DNA of 64,000 nucleotides. It comes from Myxococcota bacterium (GTDB lineage: Bacteria; Myxococcota_A; UBA9160; UBA6930). The position numbers were made by a program, and so were the translations under genes. Shown here piece by piece: positions 9,201 to 16,837 of this stretch. The stretch is from assembly GCA_965223415.1 (NCBI GenBank), contig OZ245002.1, positions 4,800,001-4,864,000 on the forward strand, written 5' to 3'. How positions within the stretch are numbered: position 1 is the first letter of the stretch; the number at the start of each line of letters is the position of its first letter. Under the pieces are notes generated by a model, which was not told the origin of the DNA, searched no databases, and worked only from the letters and a program-made list of their open reading frames with translations.

Positions 9201-10187
9201 CACTCTGGAGAGGGAGACGCCCTCCCAGCGACTGGAGGACACCTTCGTGTCCCGGACGTCCAGGGTCGCATCGGAGACCTGGACCCCCGTCTCGGCGCTG
9301 TCGGAGACGCTCGTACCCGAGACCGTGAGCGAGCCCGACGTGCCGAGCTGGATGCCCTCGGCTCCGTTTCCTTCGAAGCTGGAGTCGGCCACCGTCACGG
9401 CGCCACGGAAGCACTCGAGGCCGTCCTCGCCGCTGTCGCGGATCGTCGCGTTCGCGACCCGGAGGCTGGCGTTCTCGCAGCGGATGCCTTCGGAGCGATT
9501 GTCGTGGATCGTGGCGCCGTCGATGGTCAGGGTGACGTCCCGGCCGAAGACACCGTCGTTTCGGGCGTTCGAGACGACCGTCGCGCCGGAGACGGTCACC
9601 GTGCCCGCGCCGGTCGCCTCGAGACCGTTGGATCTCGAGCGGTCGATCGTGCAGGAGGTCAGCGTCGCGTCGGTGCGATCGAGATCGATGCCGTCGTCGC
9701 CGTTCGACACCGCCGAGATCTGGTCGAGCACGAGCCCGTCGGCGTCGTCCGCATCGATCGCGTCCCCGCCCCCGGTGATGCGGAAGCCGCGCAGCAGGTG
9801 GTACCGGTGGGCGAGGGACACGACGTCCGAGCCCCCGCGGTGGATCCTCACGGTGCCGGCATCGCCGGTCTTTGCGCCGTCCCTGTCGGCGATCAGCGCG
9901 ATCGCAGCGGCCGCGGTTCCGTGGCGGCGGGAGCGGACCGCCTCGTTGTAGTTCCCGGCACCGACCCATGTCGTGTCGCCAGCCGCCATCGTGTCGAGGG
10001 CGTGCTGGATCGTCCGCCACGCCGTACCGGCGGAGGTTCCGGCGTTGCCGTCGTTGCCCGAGCGGCGCACGTAGTAGTCCGTGGCGGCGCCGGGAAAGGG
10101 CGCCAGCAGGGCGATGACGAGAACGATTCCGAAGCGAGGGGGCAGGGCAGCTTTCTCCGATGGAAGCCCGAGCGGACGGGTTCCCAC
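6291..10187 (-). CDS. mshQ: MshQ-like adhesin: N-terminal right-handed beta-helix plus C-terminal DUF6701-like region
   Basis: Signal peptide, YYVRRSGNDGNAGT, many S/N-xx-DGI beta-helix repeats, SPAIDAG..DIGAYE, GRFTPDHF, RFGRMAL.NAHGSE, terminal GRATFGIFAG..IYVRDAY; exact start uncertain. Confidence 0.75.
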   Translation of the reverse strand: MGTRPLGLPSEKAALPPRFGIVLVIALLAPFPGAATDYYVRRSGNDGNAGTSAGTAWRTIQHALDTMAAGDTTWVGAGNYNEAVRSRRHGTAAAAIALIADRDGAKTGDAGTVRIHRGGSDVVSLAHRYHLLRGFRITGGGDAIDADDADGLVLDQISAVSNGDDGIDLDRTDATLTSCTIDRSRSNGLEATGAGTVTVSGATVVSNARNDGVFGRDVTLTIDGATIHDNRSEGIRCENASLRVANATIRDSGEDGLECFRGAVTVADSSFEGNGAEGIQLGTSGSLTVSGTSVSDSAETGVQVSDATLDVRDTKVSSSRWEGVSLSRVAKGSIRQTSIHGSGRQGLEVLRSTMDAVDLQIDRSGEDGIRVSGAGDVRVFGATLADNRGDGIEVTGGAVFSLTGGQVERSGDEAVQVDSAATGRIYRSRLLASGGHGVYVTLNAQASLVNSIVAGSKASGARVVRGSRANLWHVVLADNGSDGLLVDRASAFLTNSIVSGSRGHGIRRTGSGSAVTHAYNVLWANRGGHFSGTSAGTGEVFTNPSFVAAGDFHLLASSPAIDAGTDASATTSEDLEGNPRPLGGAFDIGAYEALRAARVDHFAIGHDGHGVYCLGERITVTALDTGGLAVDDYTGAITLDTQTGKGTWAAAASNQGGFADATPNDGIATYTFTDADDGMASFTLTYLEGGTPVDVDAFETATPTVRDDDAEGSLAWAPSGIVVTASALTNPPPAVVADPIPSQTAGSPFSLHLTAYGQTPNDPTCGVIESYTGSRPLAFWGSHLDPTTGALVPTVGGVPIAASEAAALPHAVTFGNGQAVVSAKYKDVGRIQIGLKDESVTEPAGGITGSTNAFVVRPDELEITAVRRPDGSPNPAVPIPTGSVFVAAGSPFEVELRVLDAEGSLTPSFGREASPERLRLHASTLVAPGGGRNGTTGTGAILNATAFAGISPAGTFRGTTFGWDEVGAIRLQASLADGSYLGTGDVTGSESGTVGRFTPDHFDVALNTPSFATACPAGGFGYVGQPVSFAAGQEPEVTATARNAQGTTTENYTGSWFRLDGASQTGLAFLSATGSLTAAAPNPPSVTPLGAGIGRLSFTGGPDLGFVRSAPIPAFDAEIELRFDLQDQDGVAAAANPVRFGQATPGLGIAFDTGKEQRFGRMALANAHGSELAALGVPLRAELWNGSAFVAHAADVCSPASTAWLGLAPQPPSLPTTPSIANDPLFAGDAGLALSAPGAGQTGHVDLLFDLTTATGADLPWLFGDWDGDGGWLESPSGRATFGIFAGEGRTIYVRDAY

Positions 10188-10310
10188 CGGGCTGTATCGA
10201 TCGACCCACGCGTGAGCTGGAGCCCGGCCCCTGAGGGAGCTCTGGTCGGGGATCTCCCGGAGTCCTGCTCCGGCGAAGGCCCGGGCCGGCGCGCGCTACC
10301 GTGGCCGGCC

Positions 10311-11345
10311 ATGGCGGATGCGTTCCACCGCTCCTACGCCGACCAGGCCCGGCACTACTTCTTCGAGCGTCCCCACGAGGCGATCCTCGCCGAGCCCCTC
10401 GCCACGCCGGCAGCATGGCGCGGCGACGAGCTGGGAGAAGAGGATTGGCGGATCCGTCTCACCCCGGGACAGGTCGCCGAGCTGGAGCGAGCACTCGAGG
10501 GCGCACTGGCTCGCGGGCTTCCCCAGGAGACCCTCCGCCCGGCGGACTTCCCCCTTCCGTCCCTGGCCCGGGAGATCGCGAGCTGGCGGCAAGTGCTCGG
10601 GGCGGGGCGGGGCTTCCTGGCGATCTCCGGGCTGCCGATCGCGGGGCTCCGGGACGAGGAGGCGGGACTGCTCTTCTGGGGGCTCGGCCTCCACCTCGGC
10701 TGGCCCGGGGCCCAGAACGCCGAGGGTGACCTGCTGGGCCACGTGGTCGACACAGGCGAGGATGCCGCCGACCCCTTCGTGCGTCGCTACCGCACCTCCG
10801 GCGACATCGCATTCCACTGCGACGCCGCCGATGTGGTGGGCCTCTTGTGCCTCCGCGCGGCCCAGCGCGGCGGCGCCAGCCGCATCGCCAGCTCGGTCAC
10901 GGTCTACAACGAGCTGCTCCAGCGGCGCCCGGACCTGGTCCGGCGGCTCTACGAGCCCTTCGCCCTCGACATCCGCAACGAGAACCGCCCGGGCCAGCAG
11001 GGCTGGATCCCGGTCACGCCCTGTCGCCATGCGGCGGGCCACCTGCGCACCTTCTACCACAGCGACTACTTCCGCTCGGCGCCCCGGCACCCGGAGGTGG
11101 CCGAGCTGAGCGACGACGACAGGGCGCTCCTCGACCTCTACGAGGAGATCGCCCACATGCCCGGCGTCCACCTCGATATGGAGCTGCTGCCCGGCGACGT
11201 CCAGCTGATCTCGAACCACACCGTGGTCCACGCGCGCACCGCCTACGAGGACGAGGCCGGGGCGGAGCGCGGCCGCCACCTGCTCCGGCTCTGGCTTTCC
11301 CTGGAGGCTCCGGCGGACGGCCCGGAACCTTCATCCAGCACCTGA
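10311..11345 (+). CDS. TauD/TfdA-family Fe(II)/2-oxoglutarate dioxygenase
   Basis: FHCD (HxD), NHTVVHART, RHLLRLWL. Confidence 0.85.
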   Translation: MADAFHRSYADQARHYFFERPHEAILAEPLATPAAWRGDELGEEDWRIRLTPGQVAELERALEGALARGLPQETLRPADFPLPSLAREIASWRQVLGAGRGFLAISGLPIAGLRDEEAGLLFWGLGLHLGWPGAQNAEGDLLGHVVDTGEDAADPFVRRYRTSGDIAFHCDAADVVGLLCLRAAQRGGASRIASSVTVYNELLQRRPDLVRRLYEPFALDIRNENRPGQQGWIPVTPCRHAAGHLRTFYHSDYFRSAPRHPEVAELSDDDRALLDLYEEIAHMPGVHLDMELLPGDVQLISNHTVVHARTAYEDEAGAERGRHLLRLWLSLEAPADGPEPSSST

Positions 11346-11473
11346 GCTTCCGGGGGCCAGGTTCGGGAAGGGCTGGGGAAGTCAGCCACGGGCTCTGGGC
11401 GAAGCGGGCCGGTCCGATCGCGGCCTCCTCGTTCGTCGTTGGGTCGAACCCCAGCCCAGCGAAGGAGAGATCC

Positions 11474-11797
11474 ATGGCCAAGTTCCTGCTCGTCTACCAC
11501 GGTGGCGGCGAGATGCCCGAAGACGAAGAGGCCCGCCAGAAGGAGATGGCCGCCTGGAGCGCCTGGTTCGGCGAGCTCGGCGCCGCGGTCGTCGACGGCG
11601 GCAACCCGATCGGGCCCTCGAAGACCCTCGCCTCGGACGGCTCCGCCGGGGAGGGCGGCGGCTCCAACCCGGCGACGGGCTATAGCCTCATCGACGCCGG
11701 AAGCCTCGACGAGGCGGTCCAGAAGGCGAAGGGCTGCCCGATCCTTGCCGGCGGCGGCAGCGTGGAGGTGTGCTCGACGATCGACGTCGGACCGTAG
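11474..11797 (+). CDS. YciI/DGPF-like small protein
   Basis: MAKFLLVY, GYSLIDA.SLDEA...AKGCP..GGSVEV; RBS AAGGAG. Confidence 0.75.
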   Translation: MAKFLLVYHGGGEMPEDEEARQKEMAAWSAWFGELGAAVVDGGNPIGPSKTLASDGSAGEGGGSNPATGYSLIDAGSLDEAVQKAKGCPILAGGGSVEVCSTIDVGP

Positions 11798-11911
11798 GAG
11801 GCCCCCGGTCCCGCCGGCGATCGCGCCCGCGGGGATCGCCCCTCCCGCCGGGCGAGGCCGGTCGAGAATGCGAGTCCCGCCGCGCCGGGGCATTGGTAGG
11901 ATGCGGTGCCC

Positions 11912-12445
11912 ATGCATCCGGGATTCCGCTGCCTCTTCGTCGCCGTCCTCGGGCTCGCCCCTGCCGTCGTCCCGGTCGCCGCCGCCGCGGACCCGCTGGA
12001 GGTCGAGTGGCGGGGCCCGGCGGAGGCGGTCCAGGGATTCGTGATCGAGCGCCGCCCGGCGGGGGAAGTCCGCTGGTCGCCGATCGCCCGGCTGGGTCCC
12101 GAGGCGACCCGGTTCCTCGACGAGGTAGCCGGAGACGGCGACGCGTTGTGCTACCGGGTCCGGGCCATCCTCTACGACGGGAGCTGGGCGCCGTCCCTCG
12201 AGCAGTGCGGACCCACCGAGCCCGAGCTGGCCGGGGACGCCGAGCCGATCGCCGTGCCCATGCGACCGGACGTCGCCGCGCCACCACCCGCCCTCGAAGA
12301 GCCGACCGCGCCGAAGCCCGCCGGCCCGGCCCGGGACGCGGACGCGGCACCGCCGAAGGTCTCGGATCGCTTCCGTCCGGAGCCCCCGACGACGTTGGGT
12401 ACGCAGCGGGAGGCGGCCACGACCGATCCGGACGCGGCCCCGTGA
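11912..12445 (+). CDS. Secreted protein with FN3-like domain and Pro-rich tail
   Basis: Signal peptide, W..GFVIERR, YRVRA; coupled to the next gene by a GTGA overlap. Confidence 0.55.
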   Translation: MHPGFRCLFVAVLGLAPAVVPVAAAADPLEVEWRGPAEAVQGFVIERRPAGEVRWSPIARLGPEATRFLDEVAGDGDALCYRVRAILYDGSWAPSLEQCGPTEPELAGDAEPIAVPMRPDVAAPPPALEEPTAPKPAGPARDADAAPPKVSDRFRPEPPTTLGTQREAATTDPDAAP

Positions 12446-12936
12446 TCCGGCTCCTGGCTGCGAGCCTCCTCGTGCTCCTGACGGCCGCCGCGTGCGCGAC
12501 CCAGGGCGAGAACGAGCGCCTGGTCGAGGCGCTGGCGCGCGGGGACGTCCATGCCATCGTGACCGTGCGCGGCGTGGTCGCCCTCGTCCCGGACGTCCTG
12601 TTCGAGTTCGACAGCCATGGACTCAGCGCCGACGCCGAGCGTCGCGTCGCGTCGATGGCCGCCGTGATCCTCGAGTTCGGGACCGTCCGCCCGATCCAGG
12701 TCGAGGGCCACACGGATTCGGTCGGCGACTCCGCCTACAACCTCGAGCTCTCCTTCCGGCGCGCCGAGCGCGTCGCCCGGGCGCTGGTCGAAGCGGGCAT
12801 CGATCCGCTGCGCGTGACGTCTCTCGGCCTCGGCGAGACCCGACCCGTGGCGCCGGACCAGGTCGAGGACGGACGCGACAACCCGGCGGGGCGGAGGCTG
12901 AACCGGCGGGTCGAGGTCGTGATCGAGAATCGTTAG
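12442..12936 (+). CDS. OmpA-family peptidoglycan-binding lipoprotein
   Basis: Lipobox AAAC, DVLFEFD, VEGHTDS, NLELSFRRA, NRRVEV. Confidence 0.85.
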   Translation: MIRLLAASLLVLLTAAACATQGENERLVEALARGDVHAIVTVRGVVALVPDVLFEFDSHGLSADAERRVASMAAVILEFGTVRPIQVEGHTDSVGDSAYNLELSFRRAERVARALVEAGIDPLRVTSLGLGETRPVAPDQVEDGRDNPAGRRLNRRVEVVIENR

Positions 12937-12940
12937 ATCG

Positions 12941-15034
12941 TCATCGGGCGTCGTCGGCCAGCGGGGGCTCCGCAGGCGTCCCGCCCGCGGTGACGGCCGG
13001 GACGAGCTGGAAGAGCAGACGACGGCTGCTCGAATCGAGGGGGAGGGCCCGCTCCGCGATCTCGCCGCCCTCGAACTCCAGCCGGAACGTGTGCAGCCCC
13101 CGAGCCAGACGGGCGTCGGTGATGGGCGTCATGCCGAGCAGGCGACCGTCGGCAACGACCCGTGCCGGCGGTTCGGCGTCGATGGTGACCTGCAGCAGGC
13201 CCGGCGGCGCCACGCGCAGGATCTCGGGTCCGCGGGGCGCCGCGCCAGGCGTGGGAGCCGGAGCCGGCAGCACCGCTGCGGATCGTCGGGGCTCCGCGCG
13301 AAGCGGCCGCTCCCGCGGCGGGCCCACCCGGACCACCTCGGGGCGGCGACCGGGATCGAGGACGACGATCGGGGCCGGCTCGGCGTCCGCGTCCTCCTCG
13401 GTCTCCAGCGAAGGCGCCCCGGTCGGCGCGGCCTCGGGCAGGGCGCCAGCCACGCCGCGAGGAGGGCTCCCGGCCAGGGCAGCACTCCCTTCGAGGGGGG
13501 CGGCTTCGGGCGGCGTTGGGGGCAATTCGCCGGAAACGGGCGAGCGCGGAGCGGCGGCGACGTCGCGGAGAGGGGCTTGCGGCTGGGCAGGGGCCAGGGC
13601 GCGGCGCCCCCCCGCGCCCCTCGCATCCAGCGGCTCCGAAGCGGGACCGGCCGGCGCCGGGTCGAACGGCTCCGAAGCGGGACCGACCGGCGCGGGGTCG
13701 AACGGCTCCGAAGCGGGACCGGCCGGCGCCGGACCAAACGCGCCCGGATTGGCCGCGACCGGAGGAACCGCGTCGGGGGGCGTCGGGCTCGTCGTCGCTT
13801 CATCGTCCGCAGCCATCCGGTGCGGGAGCGGAGCCGCCGCCACGTCCGGGGCCGTCCCGTCCGGGAGCGGAGCCGCCGCCACGTCCGGGGCCGTCCCGTC
13901 CGGGAGCGGAGCCGCCGCCACGTCTGCGGCCGGCGGCCCTGCGACCTCGATGGCGCCCGGGGCGTCACCCCCCGCATCCCCCAGGAGCTGCGTGAGCCCC
14001 CACAGGAGCGCGAGCACGCCGGCCGCAACGGCGGCGGCGAGCCACCCACGCTGCGCGGCAGGCCCCCGCCGCACCGTGACCGGCGGCTCCGCGGGAGGGC
14101 TCGGCTCGTCGTCTGCAGCCACGGGTGCGGCCGGTTCGGAGCCCGACCGGGCCAGCGGCGACGGCGCCGGGGGGGAGGGCGCCCGCGAGAGAGGGGCGGC
14201 CACGACTTCATCCCGCGGCCCTTGCTGCGGCGGCGTCCCCTCGTGCGGGCGGAGGGACGCCTGCGGCGAAGCCCCGTCCTGCGGCGGAGGGGACGGCTCG
14301 GCCGGGGGGGCGGATGCTCGCATGGGGGAAGGCGGCTCGGCCGGAGGGGCGGCCTCTTGCGGAGGGGGGGGTGAAACCGGGGTCGCCTCTTGCGCAGCGG
14401 ACGATGAAACCGGGGTCGCCTCTTGCGGAGGCGCCTTCGCCACCGGCGGCGCCGGATCCCGTGCAGTCCCCGATGCAGGACGGGGCGGCGGGGGCGCCGC
14501 CGCCCGGCCGGCCTTGGCGAGCTGGGCCATCGTGACCACGCCCGACGACCCGGAGCGCGACGGGCGACGGGACGAGCTGCTCGGGGGTGCGAGGAAGAGA
14601 CGCACCAGCTTGGTCAACGCGGGTCGCGGACCGATCGCGCCCACGTCGATCCGCGCGGCGAAGGGCTCGAGGGCGCGGATCGCCTCCGTCTCGGCCCGCG
14701 CGGCCGCGACCAGGTGCAATCGGCCTTCCTGGAGGCGAAGGGCAGCCGCGAGCCGCTGGGCCGTCTCGAGCGAGAGCCGCTCCGCATCGCGCAACAGGAG
14801 CAGGAGCGGCGGGCCCGCCGAGGGCGCGGCGGCCAATGCCAGGGCGGCCGTCGGGTCGGTGCCCGGGGCCTTCAGGTCCAGGGCCCACAACACCGCCAGG
14901 GCCAGCTCGGCCAGCGAGCCATCCGCTGCATCCACGAGCACCACCCGAAACGCCGAGGCGGCCTCCGTCGCAAACGGCTGCAATGCCTCCCTCGCATCGG
15001 GGCCGACGAGGAGCGCGGGGAGGGGATGGCTCAC
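12941..15034 (-). CDS. Membrane protein: degenerate ExeA-like N-domain, Pro/Ala linker, TM helix, C-terminal PEGA-like domain
   Basis: IDAEPPARVVADGRLLGMTP..GLHTFRL (PEGA-like); TM WLAAAVAAGVLALLW; GTG start inferred because upstream ATGs lie inside the inserted element. Confidence 0.6.
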   Translation of the reverse strand: MSHPLPALLVGPDAREALQPFATEAASAFRVVLVDAADGSLAELALAVLWALDLKAPGTDPTAALALAAAPSAGPPLLLLLRDAERLSLETAQRLAAALRLQEGRLHLVAAARAETEAIRALEPFAARIDVGAIGPRPALTKLVRLFLAPPSSSSRRPSRSGSSGVVTMAQLAKAGRAAAPPPPRPASGTARDPAPPVAKAPPQEATPVSSSAAQEATPVSPPPPQEAAPPAEPPSPMRASAPPAEPSPPPQDGASPQASLRPHEGTPPQQGPRDEVVAAPLSRAPSPPAPSPLARSGSEPAAPVAADDEPSPPAEPPVTVRRGPAAQRGWLAAAVAAGVLALLWGLTQLLGDAGGDAPGAIEVAGPPAADVAAAPLPDGTAPDVAAAPLPDGTAPDVAAAPLPHRMAADDEATTSPTPPDAVPPVAANPGAFGPAPAGPASEPFDPAPVGPASEPFDPAPAGPASEPLDARGAGGRRALAPAQPQAPLRDVAAAPRSPVSGELPPTPPEAAPLEGSAALAGSPPRGVAGALPEAAPTGAPSLETEEDADAEPAPIVVLDPGRRPEVVRVGPPRERPLRAEPRRSAAVLPAPAPTPGAAPRGPEILRVAPPGLLQVTIDAEPPARVVADGRLLGMTPITDARLARGLHTFRLEFEGGEIAERALPLDSSSRRLLFQLVPAVTAGGTPAEPPLADDAR
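13631..13732. repeat. In-frame 36-bp tandem repeat, about 3 copies (FDPAPAGPASEP)
   Basis: Units at 13631, 13667, 13703. Confidence 0.85.
13823..13924. repeat. In-frame 39-bp tandem repeat, about 2.6 copies (DVAAAPLPDGTAP)
   Basis: Units at 13823, 13862, 13901. Confidence 0.85.
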
Positions 15035-15111
15035 TGCGCAGGTTGTAGCGGGCCCGGGCCCCCTGTCGCGATCATCTCTACTACTGGTAGTGTCCTGCCC
15101 CGTGGGGGTAG

Positions 15112-15384
15112 TCATCTCGGGGCCATAATCGCCGCCCGGACGGCATCCTGGGCCGACTCGACCGGCGGCTCGTGCAGTACCGCCGTCACCTCCCCGTCCA
15201 CCTCCCAGGCGTAGCACCTGGGCGCCGTCGGGTGGCCCAGCAGCTCGAACACGAGCACCTCGCCCTCCCAGACGGTCTCGCCTTGGAAGGTCTCCACGAC
15301 GGGCTCCCGGCGCTCAAGGCGGCTCTTGGCGCCGTGGGTGGCCCGAATAGCCTGCTCGATCTGCGGGATCGGCAGCTCGTTCAT
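15112..15384 (-). CDS. Hypothetical passenger protein (90 aa)
   Basis: Globular ORF with E.FQGETVWEGEV..F..GHP...CYAW; stop lies just inside the left IR. Confidence 0.7.
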   Translation of the reverse strand: MNELPIPQIEQAIRATHGAKSRLERREPVVETFQGETVWEGEVLVFELLGHPTAPRCYAWEVDGEVTAVLHEPPVESAQDAVRAAIMAPR

Positions 15385-15386
15385 TC

Positions 15387-16193
15387 CTATTCGGGCCGGG
15401 GCGAGCGCTCTGCGATTGCAGCACGCACATCGATGCCGCCCTCGCCCTCGTACATGAGGTCGAAGATGTTGGCGGCCGTCTGGAGCCACTTGGCGCGTTC
15501 GGGAATCGGCCACTCGCTATCCGGCTCGGGCAGGGATCCGAGCAGACCCTGGATGAACGGATGCAAGCCGTCGGAACCATCGCCTCCGCCATGGTTCGGG
15601 TTCTCGTCAACCTCGTTCACCGGGGGATCATTCTGCGGGGTCGTCACTCCGGGGCGCACCAGCCGATTGCGTCCGTGCTCGAAGAACCCGGCCCGCTCCG
15701 CGGAGCGCTCCAGAACCTGGCGAGCCCGGCTCTTCTGCTTGTCCGCAACGCCCAGGCCTTGCATGTCGCGTTCGAGGGCAGCCGCCGGCGGAACGACGCC
15801 CCCGCTGTACTTGTCGTACACCTCGCGGTAGAGGGGCACCGAGAGGAACGCATCGACGAGCGCCGCTCGCGCCTGACTCGGGTCCATGGCTCGGCGCCCG
15901 AGGTCAGAGAGGCGGTGCATCCCGGACCCACTGCCACCCTCGATGAGGCGGAAGTGGCGCGCCGACGCGACCTGGGTGCGATACGCGCTGCTCTTCGGGC
16001 TCTGGTTCGTCCAGGGCGCGAGCTGGTCGTCGGAGCACTCTCCGCTCCCGACGTTCGAGTGGATCGCCTCGGCCATCTGAATCGCCGAGGCCAGATCGCT
16101 GTAGGGGAACGCGATCGTGGACCGCTGGCGCCCCCCGCCGTCTTCCTTCGCCGTCGCCGCATCCGCGACCGACGGGATCGAGTCTCCGCTCAT
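15387..16193 (-). CDS. Hypothetical passenger protein, probable winged-helix N-domain
   Basis: FPYSDL...SARHFRLIE...LSDLGR; C-terminal LHPFIQGLL.SLP...WLQTAANIFDLMY; RBS GGAGG. Confidence 0.7.
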   Translation of the reverse strand: MSGDSIPSVADAATAKEDGGGRQRSTIAFPYSDLASAIQMAEAIHSNVGSGECSDDQLAPWTNQSPKSSAYRTQVASARHFRLIEGGSGSGMHRLSDLGRRAMDPSQARAALVDAFLSVPLYREVYDKYSGGVVPPAAALERDMQGLGVADKQKSRARQVLERSAERAGFFEHGRNRLVRPGVTTPQNDPPVNEVDENPNHGGGDGSDGLHPFIQGLLGSLPEPDSEWPIPERAKWLQTAANIFDLMYEGEGGIDVRAAIAERSPRPE

Positions 16194-16480
16194 GCGAACC
16201 TCCCTTGCCGCAAGAGTGAATCGCGGCGTCCACGAATCTAGCAGACAAAGCGTGCTTGTCTCGCAGTCCGCAGTCGAAATGGTTGACAATCGCGGATTGC
16301 GACGCTCTACTTGTCTGACGCCCGTCCAGCATGCGGAGGAAAGCGGTGAGGAGGGTCTAGAGCGCCGGTGGCTGGAGTGGTCCACCCCGAACGGCGCGAA
16401 CACAAGTAACACCGCCCGGTATCCCGTCCTAGCTGGCCAGCCTTCGGGGATACCGGGCGGGAGGACCTGCCCGCCCCAGT

Positions 16481-16551
16481 GGGGCACGCAGGTTTGCCGG
16501 CAGAGGTCTTTACAGCCGTCTCCGTCGGGTTCGACTCCCGAGTGCTCCACC
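16481..16551 (+). ncRNA. tRNA-like structured RNA (Ala-type acceptor stem, no canonical anticodon arm)
   Basis: Acceptor GGGGCAC/GTGCTCC with G3:U70, discriminator A then CC; T-arm TCGGG-TTCGACT-CCCGA. Confidence 0.55.
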
Positions 16552-16568
16552 CGGGGCCTGGGCTCAGC

Positions 16569-16760
16569 TTAGCCAAGGTCCGCCCGTTCCAGCAGTACGG
16601 CCCTCGCCCAAGGTGAGAAGGCCATATCGGCCTTCTTGGCCGCCTTCTGGAGCTTCGCCCGGTCCGAAGCCCGCAGACGGATCGTGACTACTACGTCTTG
16701 GTCCTGCCCCTTCGGGAGCTTCGGTCTGCCCCTCGGGCGCTTCCTCGTTCTCGCCGCCAT
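16569..16760 (-). CDS. Small DNA-binding protein (AT-hook-like RPRGRPK plus ribbon-helix-helix-like region)
   Basis: VVTIRL...RAKLQKAA....FSPWARAVL; divergent from the transposase. Confidence 0.65.
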   Translation of the reverse strand: MAARTRKRPRGRPKLPKGQDQDVVVTIRLRASDRAKLQKAAKKADMAFSPWARAVLLERADLG

Positions 16761-16808
16761 GCGATTTCTTGTACCACATCAAATGAATATCTGCACTACG
16801 AAAAATCC

Positions 16809-16837
16809 TTGATTGCCCTTGATATTTGTAGTACATT
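16809..16837 (+). promoter_or_regulatory. Sigma-70-type promoter of the IS1-family transposase (probably leaderless)
   Basis: TTGATT-N17-TACATT, 6 nt before ATG 16844, in an AT-rich divergent spacer. Confidence 0.6.

Noticed and set aside
6262..10416. Very long alternative-frame ORFs (1384 aa here; also 12492-15128, 29152-32025, 53667-56843)
   Set aside because: Arg/Pro/Gly-rich shadow frames expected at high GC; they overlap well-supported genes.
15035..15217. Upstream starts for the PEGA gene, as in the ORF track
   Set aside because: The candidate starts (15115, 15217) lie inside the inserted element and overlap a passenger gene.
16481..16551. Canonical tRNA gene or integration att site
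   Set aside because: No convincing D stem or 7-nt anticodon loop, no integrase, and no second copy seen; kept only as tRNA-like.
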